From assembly GCA_963714175.1 (NCBI GenBank), contig CAVQNN010000003.1, positions 520,201-584,200 of the forward strand: a DNA stretch of 64,000 nucleotides, read 5' to 3'. Positions 9,812-18,840 of the stretch are shown in pieces; positions within the stretch are counted from its first letter, which is position 1; each line of letters starts with the position of its first letter. This DNA comes from an uncultured Actinomycetes bacterium. Its GTDB lineage: Bacteria > Actinomycetota > Thermoleophilia > RBG-16-64-13. The notes under the pieces are model-generated. The model saw only the letters and a list, made by a program, of their open reading frames with translations. It did not search any database and was not told the DNA's origin. The position numbers were made by a program, and so were the translations under genes.

Positions 9812-11659
9812 CTATGCGCAGATCACTTCGGCTATGTCATCCAGGCCCAATTCAAGGAGCTTGGTCTTGCTCGGCATGCCGGTTGCTTTGTCCCAATCCA
9901 TCAGATCCATGTACTCGTCGTAGATCTCTGCGTGCGTGAAGGTGATGCCGGCACGCGGACCCTGGGTCTTGGCGGGGATGCCCCGTAGCCGTTCAGGATA
10001 CTTGAAGGGTGTGACTATGCCTTCTCGCTGGTTGAACGCTTGCCGTACGTTGGTGATGCGCTCACCGGTCTTGAGTATTTCTTCCGTGGTCAGGTCGTCC
10101 CAGCCCGTGATCGCCTTCATGGCCTCGACCAACTGATCGACGTGCGGATATGACCCGATGACGAATTGGCACAGGCCCAACGCGCTGGCGGCGTGCAAGT
10201 AGTTCGTGCTGGTCTTGTGATAGAGCCCGCGACCGGCGCGAGCGGCGCGATCGACCTCATCGATGAGACCCGGTGGGTGCTGCCCGCCCCCTTGATTGTG
10301 GCGGCCAGGTGTGGGGTCCGCTCCGTACCCGGTGGCGAAGCCCCAGCTTCCCCTTGGGTCGTGGGCCCCGATCTCCTGCCCTCCGACGTGCATCGCGTAC
10401 TTTTCGGAGCCCTTGCCGACCCTCTCCGCGGCCAGCTTCACCCCGTCAGCAAGGATGTCGCCGAACCCCTCGCGCTTGCCGATCATCTCGGTCATGGCAA
10501 CGATGGCCTTGTGATTGCCCCAGGTCATCTCCAGTCCGCCGGTATCTTCCTTGCCGATGATTCCATTCTCGTAGCATTCGATCGCGAAGGCGACACAACC
10601 TCCGGCGGATATGGTGTCCACACCCAGTCGGTTGCAGATGTCGGAGGCGACGATGATCGAATCGAGGTTGCCGTTCGCGCAGTTGCTGCCGAACATCGCC
10701 AGCGTCTCGTACTCGGGCTTGTGGGCGCCCTCCTCGAACTCGTATTCCCCGGTCCCCGCCTTCATGATGCCGCCGCACGCAATGGGGCAGCGCCAGCAAC
10801 CATACCGGCGCTTCTGCTTGGCAAACACAGGTGGGCCACCGCAGTCCTCGTAGTTCGGCACATCTATCGCGGCGACACCGCCCCAATTCTTGGACGGCGC
10901 ATCGTCGCTGTTGCAGCACATGCCATAGATGCCGGGCGTGCCGAACTCGTGCAGCCCTTCCTTGTGGCCACCGAGGGCGTCGACGTGCCTTTTGTGCATC
11001 GCCTTGAGCGCTGCCGGTTCGGAGGCCCCGGGAGGCTGCAGGGTGCCCTGGACGGCAACGGCCTTGAGCCTCTTCGAGCCCATGACCGCGCCCAGTCCCG
11101 AGCGCGCGGCAGCGCGGCCCTTGTTGCACATCACCGAAGAAATGAGGGCCAGCTTCTCTCCGCCGGGGCCGATGCAGGCCACTTGAAGGTCCTTGCCATG
11201 CTCCTGCCTGAGGATGTCCTGGGTCTCGAAGGTATCCTTGCCCCAGACGCCGGCAGCGTCTCTCAGTTCGGCCTTGCCGTTGTTGATATGCAGGTACACC
11301 GGCGTGTCCGATATACCGGTGAAGAACACCGCATCGTAGCCGGCGAACTTCAGGTAGGGCCCGAACTCCCCGCCCGAGTTGGCGTCTCCCCAGCCGCCCG
11401 TCAGCGGCGACTTGCCGACGACGACATACCGCGAGCCCCCGACACCCTCGGTGCCGGTCAGGATCCCGGTGACGAAGCCGAGTGTGGCCTCAGGGCCGAG
11501 CGGATCGACGCCCGGCTTCTGACGGTCGAAGAGGATCCTCGCGCCCAGGCCGTAGCCCCCGAGGTACTCCCGAGCCGTCTTCTCATCCAGGGGCTCTTCT
11601 CTCATCTCTTTTGTGGATAGATCCACCCAGAGGATCTTTCCCATCACACCAAAACCCAC
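9812..11659 (-). CDS. aor: Tungsten-containing aldehyde:ferredoxin oxidoreductase (AOR family)
   Basis: 615 aa. N-terminus MGKILWVDLSTKE is typical of AOR. Conserved GLGARILFD and Cys-rich CWRCPIACGG [4Fe-4S] region. Full-length AOR domain architecture. Confidence 0.9.
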   Translation of the reverse strand: MGFGVMGKILWVDLSTKEMREEPLDEKTAREYLGGYGLGARILFDRQKPGVDPLGPEATLGFVTGILTGTEGVGGSRYVVVGKSPLTGGWGDANSGGEFGPYLKFAGYDAVFFTGISDTPVYLHINNGKAELRDAAGVWGKDTFETQDILRQEHGKDLQVACIGPGGEKLALISSVMCNKGRAAARSGLGAVMGSKRLKAVAVQGTLQPPGASEPAALKAMHKRHVDALGGHKEGLHEFGTPGIYGMCCNSDDAPSKNWGGVAAIDVPNYEDCGGPPVFAKQKRRYGCWRCPIACGGIMKAGTGEYEFEEGAHKPEYETLAMFGSNCANGNLDSIIVASDICNRLGVDTISAGGCVAFAIECYENGIIGKEDTGGLEMTWGNHKAIVAMTEMIGKREGFGDILADGVKLAAERVGKGSEKYAMHVGGQEIGAHDPRGSWGFATGYGADPTPGRHNQGGGQHPPGLIDEVDRAARAGRGLYHKTSTNYLHAASALGLCQFVIGSYPHVDQLVEAMKAITGWDDLTTEEILKTGERITNVRQAFNQREGIVTPFKYPERLRGIPAKTQGPRAGITFTHAEIYDEYMDLMDWDKATGMPSKTKLLELGLDDIAEVICA

Positions 11660-11700
11660 GTTGCTCCTCCTGCCTAAGATACGTATTGCCGACTAGTTCC

Positions 11701-13020
11701 TCACTTGGCCCCGGAGATGCCCGGCAGCCAAGTAGCCAATTCCGGAATGAAGAAAATCAGCACCAGAAGGATCAGGCCCCACGCAAGGTAGGGCATGGAC
11801 GCCTTGAAGCAGTCGCTGAGAGTCACGTCTGGAGGAGCGAGCGCCTTCATGGTGTACACATCGAGCCCGAAGGGCGGGCTGATCAGCCCGAGTTGCACGC
11901 TCAGCAGGCACAGCGTGGCGAACCACAGCATGTCGAACCCCAGCACCTTGATCATGGGGAAGAAGATCGGCGCCGTGATCATGACGATGCTGGCCGGGTC
12001 CATGAAGGCCCCCAGGATCAGGAGGACGACCTGGGTGAAGGCGACGATGACCAGGGGGGGTACGTCGAGGCCGGTCGCCCACTCTGTCAGGCCCGTGACG
12101 GCGCCCGAGGTGGCAAGGAGGCGTCCGAAGCTTATGGAGCCCACCACGATGAAGAAGACCATCACCGAGATGCGCACGGTGCTGCGGCAGGCTCGGAAGA
12201 CCATCCTCCAGCTGAACTGCTTGTACAGCGCCGCCACAAGGACGCACGCGACGACGCCGAGCGCAGCACTTTCACTTGGGGTAGCGAGCCCAAAGAAGAT
12301 GCTGCCCATGACGGCGAGAAGGATCAGGCCGATTGGGACCAGGTAGAGCCACGTGGCCTTCAGCTTCTCGCGAAGGGGTATCTTGACCACATCGTAGGAC
12401 GGAGCCAACGTCGGATCCATCTTGCAGCGGACGACGATGTAGCCGGCCATCAACACAGCCAGCAGGATGCCGGGGAGGGTGATGGCCAACAACAGCTTCG
12501 AGATGGACACCTGGCCCATGGCCCCAATGAACACCGCCATCGCGCTGGGAGGGATGAGGATGGCCAGCGTGCCGGTGGAGATGATCGGGCCCAGGGTCAT
12601 CTCGTTCTTGTAGCCCCGCGCCATCATCTCGGGGAGGAGAACCCGCCCTAGGATGCCGATGCATCCACCGCTGATACCTATCGGCGCGCCCAGAAGCACG
12701 CCTACCCCGATCGCCACTAGGCTGAGTCGGCCGGGCACCTTGCCCATTACCTTGTCGACGGCGTCGACAACCATGGTGCCCGTTCCCGCCTCGAAGATGA
12801 CGTCACCCATCAGGATGAAAAGCGGGATAGGCAGAAAGACGTAGTTGGCCACCGAGCTGTACAAGCTCATGGCGAGCTGATCGATCCCGCTCCAGCCCCC
12901 CCAGAACACCGAGGCGCCGATGATGCAGGTGAACAGCATCCCGAAACAGATGGGCATGCCCGTGATCATGATGACCACAAGGCAGCCGAACATCAATACC
13001 AAGGCCTCAAACCACTCCAC
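11701..13020 (-). CDS. dctM: TRAP transporter large permease subunit (DctM family)
   Basis: 439 aa polytopic membrane protein with DctM-characteristic segments (GMPICFGML, LFILMGDVIFEAG, ISPPFGLDVY). Confidence 0.9.
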   Translation of the reverse strand: MEWFEALVLMFGCLVVIMITGMPICFGMLFTCIIGASVFWGGWSGIDQLAMSLYSSVANYVFLPIPLFILMGDVIFEAGTGTMVVDAVDKVMGKVPGRLSLVAIGVGVLLGAPIGISGGCIGILGRVLLPEMMARGYKNEMTLGPIISTGTLAILIPPSAMAVFIGAMGQVSISKLLLAITLPGILLAVLMAGYIVVRCKMDPTLAPSYDVVKIPLREKLKATWLYLVPIGLILLAVMGSIFFGLATPSESAALGVVACVLVAALYKQFSWRMVFRACRSTVRISVMVFFIVVGSISFGRLLATSGAVTGLTEWATGLDVPPLVIVAFTQVVLLILGAFMDPASIVMITAPIFFPMIKVLGFDMLWFATLCLLSVQLGLISPPFGLDVYTMKALAPPDVTLSDCFKASMPYLAWGLILLVLIFFIPELATWLPGISGAK

Positions 13021-13032
13021 AGGTGCTCCTCC

Positions 13033-13587
13033 CTATAGCGAGCTTTGTTCTCCGGCCTTGATGTACACACCGGACTTGTACGCCCGGTAGTAGGTCACCA
13101 CGTGCCTGATTGACTGTATGAAGAGAGCGAAGAATGCGATGGGGATGATCATCTCGATCGGCCACTTGACCGGCTTCAGAATGGTGGCCAGGACGAAGTG
13201 GTTCTGGTAGTCCTGAATCGTCAGCCGTGCCGTGTAGAACAACAAGAAGGCTATCAGCCCCGCTACGGCGCAGGTGGAGATGAGATTGATGATGTTTGCG
13301 GCTTTGGCCGGGAACCTTTCCACGACGGCCTCCATCACCACGTGTCCCCGGTCCCGATAGATGGCCGTGGTGCCGAGGAAGGTCATCCAGAGGATGGAAA
13401 AGGAGAGGATCTCGAAAGAAGGCGCCCATGTGAAGTTGAACGCCTTTCGGATGATGACGTCCTGGGTGATCCAGATGGTCTGGATGAAGACGATGACGCC
13501 GGCGAGTAGCAGCATGAAATCGATGGACTTGTCGAATACTCGCCCTGCCTTGTCCAATAGCCGCATGACCACGCCTCTCCCCGTCAA
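13033..13587 (-). CDS. dctQ: TRAP transporter small permease subunit (DctQ family)
   Basis: 184 aa with four TM helices, located between the dctP and dctM genes. Confidence 0.8.
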   Translation of the reverse strand: MTGRGVVMRLLDKAGRVFDKSIDFMLLLAGVIVFIQTIWITQDVIIRKAFNFTWAPSFEILSFSILWMTFLGTTAIYRDRGHVVMEAVVERFPAKAANIINLISTCAVAGLIAFLLFYTARLTIQDYQNHFVLATILKPVKWPIEMIIPIAFFALFIQSIRHVVTYYRAYKSGVYIKAGEQSSL

Positions 13588-13662
13588 TGTGTTGTTTACC
13601 AGGCACGGGGCGGCCGGTACACCGGCCGCCCCGTGCCTGCAGATGTGCTTGCGATCTAGTCT

Positions 13663-14826
13663 CTAGTTGTTAGCCCGCGGGAAGTTGGGGTTAACGAGCG
13701 CGTCATAGAGGAGCTTCCCTTCTGTCGGGAACGCCTCCAGGTCGGCCTTCCACATCGTGTTGCGGTACGCCGTGTAGAAGACCTTTGATTCCTCGGGGCT
13801 GAGATTGACGATCTTCACGCCGTCGGCCTCGATGGTGGCTTTGACGCTGTCGACCGTTTCGTTGAAGTGCGTCAGGTTGTCAAACTCGGTGGCGATCATG
13901 GCCTGGGTGAGCACCTGCTGCTGCTTCGGGGTCAGGCTGTTCCACTTGTCCATGTTCATGAGCATCATGCCGCCGCAAGAACTGACCGGCTCGTCGAGCA
14001 TGGCCTTGGTCAGCGGCGTGAGGCCGTAGTCAATGATGCCGGGGATGCCGACGTTGAACCCGTCGACCACGCCGCGCTCCATGGAGGTGAAGTAGTCGCT
14101 GAAGTCGATAGGCATGCAGGTCATGCCGAGCTCTTCGATGAACGCCTGGTTGGCGCCGCCGACAGCGGCCATCTTCAGGCCCTTGAGGTCGGCCAGCGTG
14201 CTGATCTCCTTGCCGAAGTAGAAGACCGTCTGGACCTGAGCCTCTGAGGAGACAGACGCGCCGAGGTACTTGATGCCCTTCGCCGCGAAGCCGTCTTCAA
14301 AGTACTTGAAGGCGGGGTTGCCGGCACGCAGTTCTACCGGGTTGTATTCCGCCCGGCCGATCGCGCTGCAGAGGGGAACGAGGGAATCGCCAAACATGGC
14401 CAGAGCGCTTCCTATGTCAAAGGTGCCGCGCTGGACGGCGGCAGGCACATCCGCGGGCGGGCAGGCTTCCGGTCCGTTGAACTTGATGGTCATCGCGCCG
14501 CCGGAGTACTCCGCGACCTTGTCCATGAAGTCGTGGTTCCAGTCAGAGCCCGGCGGAACGTCCGGGAGGAAGCTCACGAACGTGAGCTCTATGGGCTCCA
14601 CGTCAGCGACCACGTCGCGAACGACGTCGCCCGCTGCCACGGTGGTCTCAGTCGGCGCCGCGGTGGTCTCGGTGGGTGCAGCAGCGGTGGTCGTGGTCTC
14701 GGGTGCCGCGGTGGTCGTGGTCTCGGGTGCCGCGGTGGTGGTGGTCTCTTCTTCCCCGCCGCATCCGACGGCCAGGACGGACAGTGCCAAGATCAGACAT
14801 ATACCAATAATCGCCAGTTTCTTCAC
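13663..14826 (-). CDS. dctP: TRAP transporter substrate-binding lipoprotein (DctP family) with Thr/Ala/Pro/Glu-rich linker
   Basis: GTG start after GGGGGAA. Lipobox LAVGCGG. Linker TTTTAAPETTTTAAPETTTTAAAPTETT. DctP-fold body (KFNGPEA...AKGIKYLGA). The 5' extension of the ORF to 14910 is judged spurious. Confidence 0.85.
   Translation of the reverse strand: MKKLAIIGICLILALSVLAVGCGGEEETTTTAAPETTTTAAPETTTTAAAPTETTAAPTETTVAAGDVVRDVVADVEPIELTFVSFLPDVPPGSDWNHDFMDKVAEYSGGAMTIKFNGPEACPPADVPAAVQRGTFDIGSALAMFGDSLVPLCSAIGRAEYNPVELRAGNPAFKYFEDGFAAKGIKYLGASVSSEAQVQTVFYFGKEISTLADLKGLKMAAVGGANQAFIEELGMTCMPIDFSDYFTSMERGVVDGFNVGIPGIIDYGLTPLTKAMLDEPVSSCGGMMLMNMDKWNSLTPKQQQVLTQAMIATEFDNLTHFNETVDSVKATIEADGVKIVNLSPEESKVFYTAYRNTMWKADLEAFPTEGKLLYDALVNPNFPRANN
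14640..14760 (-). repeat. Tandem ~24-nt repeats encoding the TTTTAAPE linker of DctP
   Basis: Plus-strand text gcggtggtcgtggtctcgggtgcc repeated; in-frame coding repeat. Confidence 0.6.
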
Positions 14827-15135
14827 GAGTGTTCCCCCGATCCTATTCTTCGCCTGGATTTCACAGCATTGCTCGTATCTTGTCAGGGTCGAATCAGAAT
14901 TCGCTACCAAGACCTCCTTCCTGCATGTGGCATGCCGCCATACTAGCAGCGAGTCCTCCTATTTGGTCAACGGTTTGGTCGGTCGCGGCCGCCGGATAGT
15001 GCGAGCTGAAAGATGGGGCGGACCGTCGCGAAGGCGATCACTCGCGAGAGCCCATCATGTTACCGAGATCGCCGAATCCCATCATGTCCCCTCCAAGAAT
15101 AGCGAGTCCTACTAGTGAGCACTACTAGCACACGC

Positions 15136-15175
15136 TACTAGCAAACGCAAGTTCTGTGTGCTTTCCTAGGAGACG
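15136..15175. promoter_or_regulatory. Three direct copies of CTACTAG with 13-bp spacing in the dctP/tetR divergent promoter region (candidate TetR operator array)
   Basis: cCTACTAGtgag / cACTACTAGcac / cgCTACTAGcaa at 15139, 15152 and 15165. The same motif recurs downstream of tetR. Confidence 0.5.
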
Positions 15176-15247
15176 GTAGACGAGAGGTCGAGCCTCAAAT
15201 GGCCCCCATCCCCAGGTGCTGGGAGAGGCCGATCGGAGTAGACAGCT

Positions 15248-15886
15248 ATGGGAGCCCCTACGAAGGAAGGTACCCGCGAACCGCTCTCCACTCGCTGGAA
15301 GCGGATGAGCGTGGAGGAGAAGCGGCAGCGGATCGTGGATGCCGTCCTCCTTCTCATCTCAAAGCACGGAGTACAAGGTACGACCACCGCGCGGATTGCC
15401 GCGGCCGTAGGAGTATCCGAGCCGACCATCTATCGGACTTTTCGCAACAGAAAAGGGATGCTTCTTGCCGCTGCCGACAAGCTCTGGCAGCAAAGACGAG
15501 ACGAACTCGAGTCCTTCGAGTCGTCGGATGCGATGGACCACCTCCGGAAGATCTGTGAATACCACACCACGGGCATTCAACAGACACGGGTCGTCCGCTT
15601 CATCACCGAACTCGCCGTCGCCCCTCCCACCGATGGACTGCGTGAACACTTGAGAGACCAACAACTCAGTGAGGCTCGACGGCTCGCCGACTTGGTAGAC
15701 GAAGGGAAGGCGCAGGGTTGTATCCGTCCGGACGTCGATTCCGAGGAGACCGCTTGGCGGATCATGTCCGTGCACTGGACTGAGGCAATGGCTCGCCTGC
15801 ATGGTCTGGAAGACGTGGTGATGACGGGCTTCTCCACGAAGGTATTCCAGTCTATTCTGACAGACATCGCCACGAAGTCGCCCTAG
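15248..15886 (+). CDS. TetR/AcrR family transcriptional regulator
   Basis: N-terminal HTH ARIAAAVGVSEPTIYRTFRNRKGML with a TetR-like C-terminal ligand-binding domain. RBS GGAGTAG. An alternative start at M20 (15305) is possible. Confidence 0.85.
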   Translation: MGAPTKEGTREPLSTRWKRMSVEEKRQRIVDAVLLLISKHGVQGTTTARIAAAVGVSEPTIYRTFRNRKGMLLAAADKLWQQRRDELESFESSDAMDHLRKICEYHTTGIQQTRVVRFITELAVAPPTDGLREHLRDQQLSEARRLADLVDEGKAQGCIRPDVDSEETAWRIMSVHWTEAMARLHGLEDVVMTGFSTKVFQSILTDIATKSP

Positions 15887-15945
15887 ACCAATCGCGACGG
15901 TCCCGAACGCACCGGAAGGGCCCTTGGCACTGGCAAGCGACCGCT

Positions 15946-16013
15946 CCCTCATGGATAGTAGTGGCTTTACTTTGAGCCCCGCGGGGCTTAGAGTAGTGGA
16001 CACTACTAGCGTA
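15946..16013. promoter_or_regulatory. Operator-like cluster upstream of the UroD operon: perfect palindrome AGTAGTG-GA-CACTACT plus further CACTACTAG / TAGTAGTGG copies
   Basis: 15947-15955 TAGTAGTGG, 15981-15999 gAGTAGTGgaCACTACTag (inverted repeat), 16004-16012 CACTACTAG. A GC-rich hairpin AGCCCCGCGGGGCT at 15966-15979 sits between them. Confidence 0.55.
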
Positions 16014-16140
16014 CACTACTAGGTGTCGACCATCTTCAGATTGTCGACTGGTTGGCGTATCGTGGCGCTCCCGGGCATGGGTGTGGGCCCGGGCATCGGA
16101 TGTACGGTCTTCGACGAAGGCAGAACGAGAAGGAGCACAG

Positions 16141-17403
16141 ACAATGTCCGAGGAGTCCAAGACGCCGGAGATCCTGGGCGCGGAGAGAGCGCGGCGCATC
16201 CAGGACGCGATCGAACTGAAGCAGCCGGACAGGGTCCCCTTGTCGATGTCGATCGGCTACATGCTGGCCGACATGGGCGGCATCAGCAAGCAGGAACTGC
16301 TGGAGAACCCGGAGAAGGCTCAGGAGTTGCTGGAGAAGGCCGCCCTGGACTTCCAGCCGGATAGCATCCACGGTCCCATGCCCTCGGATCCGACACCGCA
16401 CCTCATTCTCGGCGACCGCATGACCGCCTGGCCCGGCCATGGCGTGGATGCGAGCACTCAGTATCAGTTCGTCGAGAGCGAGTTCATGAAGGCGGACGAG
16501 TACGACGCGTTTCTGGACGATCCGACGGACTGGGTGATCCGCACCTACCTCCCCCGCGCTTTCGCAGGCCTGGAGGCCTTCAGCCTCATGCCCCCTCTCA
16601 ACCAGTTCATCTCCGGCAGCTACTTTCTGAGCGCCCTGGGCGGGCTCGCCTCGGGGCCGATGGCCGATGCCTTCAGGACTTTCGCCCAGGCTCTCCAAGC
16701 CGTGGCCGACCAGAACGAGCTGATGATGAAGAACATGCGCCGGATGGCCGCCCTTGGCTTTCCCGCTTCGGTCATAGGCGGAGCCACGCTCACGGCGCCG
16801 TTCGACATGATGTCCGACGCCCTGCGGGGCATGCGCGGCATCCTATTGGATATCCGCAGGCAGCCTGAGAAGTTGCTCGCGGCCCAGGAAAAGATCGCGC
16901 GCTACGAGTTGGAGCATGCCATCAACACCTGCAAGGCCATGGGTGTGTACAAGGCCTTCCTCCCGCTGCATCGCGGTTCCGACGGGTTCATGTCAATCGA
17001 GCAGTTCGAGACCTTCTACTGGCCTCAGTTGAAAAGCATACTCGAGACGCTGGTCGAGAACGGCATCACCCCGATCGTGTTCTACGAGGGCTGTTGGGAC
17101 AAGCGCCTGGAGCATCTCGCTCAACTCCCCAAGGGCAAGACCGTGGGCTACTTCCAGTCGAGCGACATCTTCAAGGTGAAGGAGGTCGTCGGCGACACCA
17201 TGTGCATCATGGGGGGCATGCCCAACTCGCTGCTCGCGGCCGGCCCGGCCGAAGAAGTCCGTGCTCTCACAAAGAAGCTGTGCGAGAAGGTGGGCAAGAA
17301 CGGCGGGTTCATCATGTCCACGGCCGTGGGCGAGATGGCCGGCAGCAACCCGGAGATGGTCCGGGTTTGGGCCGAAGCCACCAGGGAGTTCGGGACATAC
17401 TGA
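16141..17403 (+). CDS. Uroporphyrinogen decarboxylase (URO-D) family protein (MtaA/CmuA-like methyltransferase fold; function unknown)
   Basis: 420 aa from M at 16141 (RBS AGGAGC). Family-typical segments: ...FQPD..., C-terminal FIMSTAVGEMAGSNPEMVRVW. No cobalamin-binding partner is seen in the window. Confidence 0.8.
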   Translation, partial: TMSEESKTPEILGAERARRIQDAIELKQPDRVPLSMSIGYMLADMGGISKQELLENPEKAQELLEKAALDFQPDSIHGPMPSDPTPHLILGDRMTAWPGHGVDASTQYQFVESEFMKADEYDAFLDDPTDWVIRTYLPRAFAGLEAFSLMPPLNQFISGSYFLSALGGLASGPMADAFRTFAQALQAVADQNELMMKNMRRMAALGFPASVIGGATLTAPFDMMSDALRGMRGILLDIRRQPEKLLAAQEKIARYELEHAINTCKAMGVYKAFLPLHRGSDGFMSIEQFETFYWPQLKSILETLVENGITPIVFYEGCWDKRLEHLAQLPKGKTVGYFQSSDIFKVKEVVGDTMCIMGGMPNSLLAAGPAEEVRALTKKLCEKVGKNGGFIMSTAVGEMAGSNPEMVRVWAEATREFGTY

Positions 17404-17433
17404 GCGGTTACTGAGACTAGGAGGAGCATCGCC

Positions 17434-17850
17434 ATGGGAATCTACGACAAATGGTTCGCGACGAACCCCATCCTGCCGGGTAAGAACTGTGACCGGCTGG
17501 TCTACCAGGCAGCCGAGCATGTGGGTGAGAAGAACTACTCGGTGCTCTGGCACTGCATCACCGAGCCCTTCCTCATGGTGCGCGACCCCCACAGCCACGA
17601 TTTCGACCAGTTCCTGCACTTCTTCAACGCCGATTCCATGCATGTGGGTGAGTTCCACGCCGAATTGGAGTTCACGTTGGGCGCGGAACTGGAGAAGCAC
17701 ATCATCACGGAGCCGACCGTCATCCATATCCCTGCCGGCGTGCTCCACGGCCCCCTTGAGTTCACCAGGGTCGACAAGCCCGTGATCTTCATGAACGTGG
17801 CCTTCACTCCCCAGTACATGAAGCCGGGTGAATCGCACCCACAGCCCTGA
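17434..17850 (+). CDS. Small cupin-domain protein, same paralog family (copy C6)
   Basis: 138 aa. RBS AGGAGGAGC. Motifs PHSHDFDQFLHFFNADSMH and IHIPAGVLHGPLEF. Confidence 0.7.
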   Translation: MGIYDKWFATNPILPGKNCDRLVYQAAEHVGEKNYSVLWHCITEPFLMVRDPHSHDFDQFLHFFNADSMHVGEFHAELEFTLGAELEKHIITEPTVIHIPAGVLHGPLEFTRVDKPVIFMNVAFTPQYMKPGESHPQP

Positions 17851-17865
17851 CATCGAGGAGGCACA

Positions 17866-18603
17866 ATGGATCTGAAACTACGGGACAAGATCGCGCTGGT
17901 GACTGGGAGCGGCAGTGCGATCGGCTACGGTAGGGCGATAGCTCTCCAGTTGGCCGAGGAAGGCTGCGACGTCGTCTGCGCGGACATCGACCTACCCGGG
18001 GCGGAAGAGACTGCGGCGCTGGCCGAGAAGCTCGGCCGCCGGGCCCTCGCGGTGAAGATGGACGTGACCGACCGCGCCGAGGTGGACGCCATGGTCAAGA
18101 AGGCCGTGGAGCAGTTCGGCCGGATAGACATCCTGGTGAACAACGCGGGTCGGAGCAGCGCCGACAAGCCCTTCATGATGAAGACCAAGGCCGACTGGGA
18201 CCTGGACATAGGCATCAATCTGTACGGGCAGATGAACGTGGCGCAGGCCGTCCTGCCCTATATGGCCGAGCAGAAGTACGGCCGGATCATCAACACCTCG
18301 GGCGGGCAGGGCATCCCGACGGTGTCCACCTATGGCGCGGCCAAGGCCGGGGTGGAGGCCTTCACCCATTCGCTCGCGCTCGAAGTCGGGCCCCTGGGCA
18401 TCGTCGTGAACGGTGTCGCGCCTGGTCTGGGCGAGACGGGGCTGAACGTCACCACCACCGACGAGCACAAGGAGGGGTTCCGGCGCATGTCGGCGTTGCA
18501 CAGGCTCTGCACTCCTCAAGACGTGGCGCCGGCGGTGGCTTTCCTGGCCTCCGACGTGTGCAGCTACATGGTCGGCCAGTGGATCAGACTCACCACCTTC
18601 TAG
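17866..18603 (+). CDS. SDR family oxidoreductase (FabG-like)
   Basis: TGSGSAIGYG motif, NNAG, and YGAAKAG catalytic motif. 245 aa. Confidence 0.85.
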   Translation: MDLKLRDKIALVTGSGSAIGYGRAIALQLAEEGCDVVCADIDLPGAEETAALAEKLGRRALAVKMDVTDRAEVDAMVKKAVEQFGRIDILVNNAGRSSADKPFMMKTKADWDLDIGINLYGQMNVAQAVLPYMAEQKYGRIINTSGGQGIPTVSTYGAAKAGVEAFTHSLALEVGPLGIVVNGVAPGLGETGLNVTTTDEHKEGFRRMSALHRLCTPQDVAPAVAFLASDVCSYMVGQWIRLTTF

Positions 18604-18616
18604 AGGAGCAAGAAAC

Positions 18617-18838
18617 ATGGCTATTCGCAACTTCGACGAGGACAAGTGCATCGGGTGCGGCAACTGCGTGGCCGCCTGCCCGATGGACGTCCTGCGAATG
18701 AACGAGGACGAGACCAAAGCGGTAGTGCAGTACCCGCAAGATTGCATAGCCTGCTGGGGATGTGAATCGTTCTGCCCCGAAGGTTGTTTTGACATCTCAC
18801 CAGAACGCGCCCGCGGCGAACTGGTCTCACCGTACTAG
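18617..18838 (+). CDS. 2x[4Fe-4S] ferredoxin
   Basis: 73 aa with CIGCGNCVAACP and CIACWGCESFCP motifs. Confidence 0.85.
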   Translation: MAIRNFDEDKCIGCGNCVAACPMDVLRMNEDETKAVVQYPQDCIACWGCESFCPEGCFDISPERARGELVSPY

Positions 18839-18840
18839 GA

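Noticed and set aside
10166-11620. Long antisense ORF (484 aa) inside the AOR gene. Similar long antisense ORFs occur inside dppD/F (1415-1957, 2399-3334), ftsH (61681-62850), the CCG gene (22133-23383) and others.
   Set aside because: Typical high-GC shadow ORFs. They are Arg/Ala/Gly-rich with no domain signatures, whereas the opposite strand encodes clearly conserved proteins.
14640-14760. Tandem repeats considered as possible CRISPR or mobile repeats.
   Set aside because: They are in-frame coding repeats (Thr-rich linkers; the glpK leader). There are no spacer-repeat architecture and no cas genes.
13663-14910. Long 5' extensions of several ORFs. DctP extends to 14910. The SDR at 59170 extends to 60489. 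PorA extends to 45202. LigD extends to 50826. The GlpK/MntP fusion ORF extends to 58438.
   Set aside because: The extensions are Arg-rich or overlap upstream genes. Internal starts with good RBS and conserved N-termini were chosen instead.
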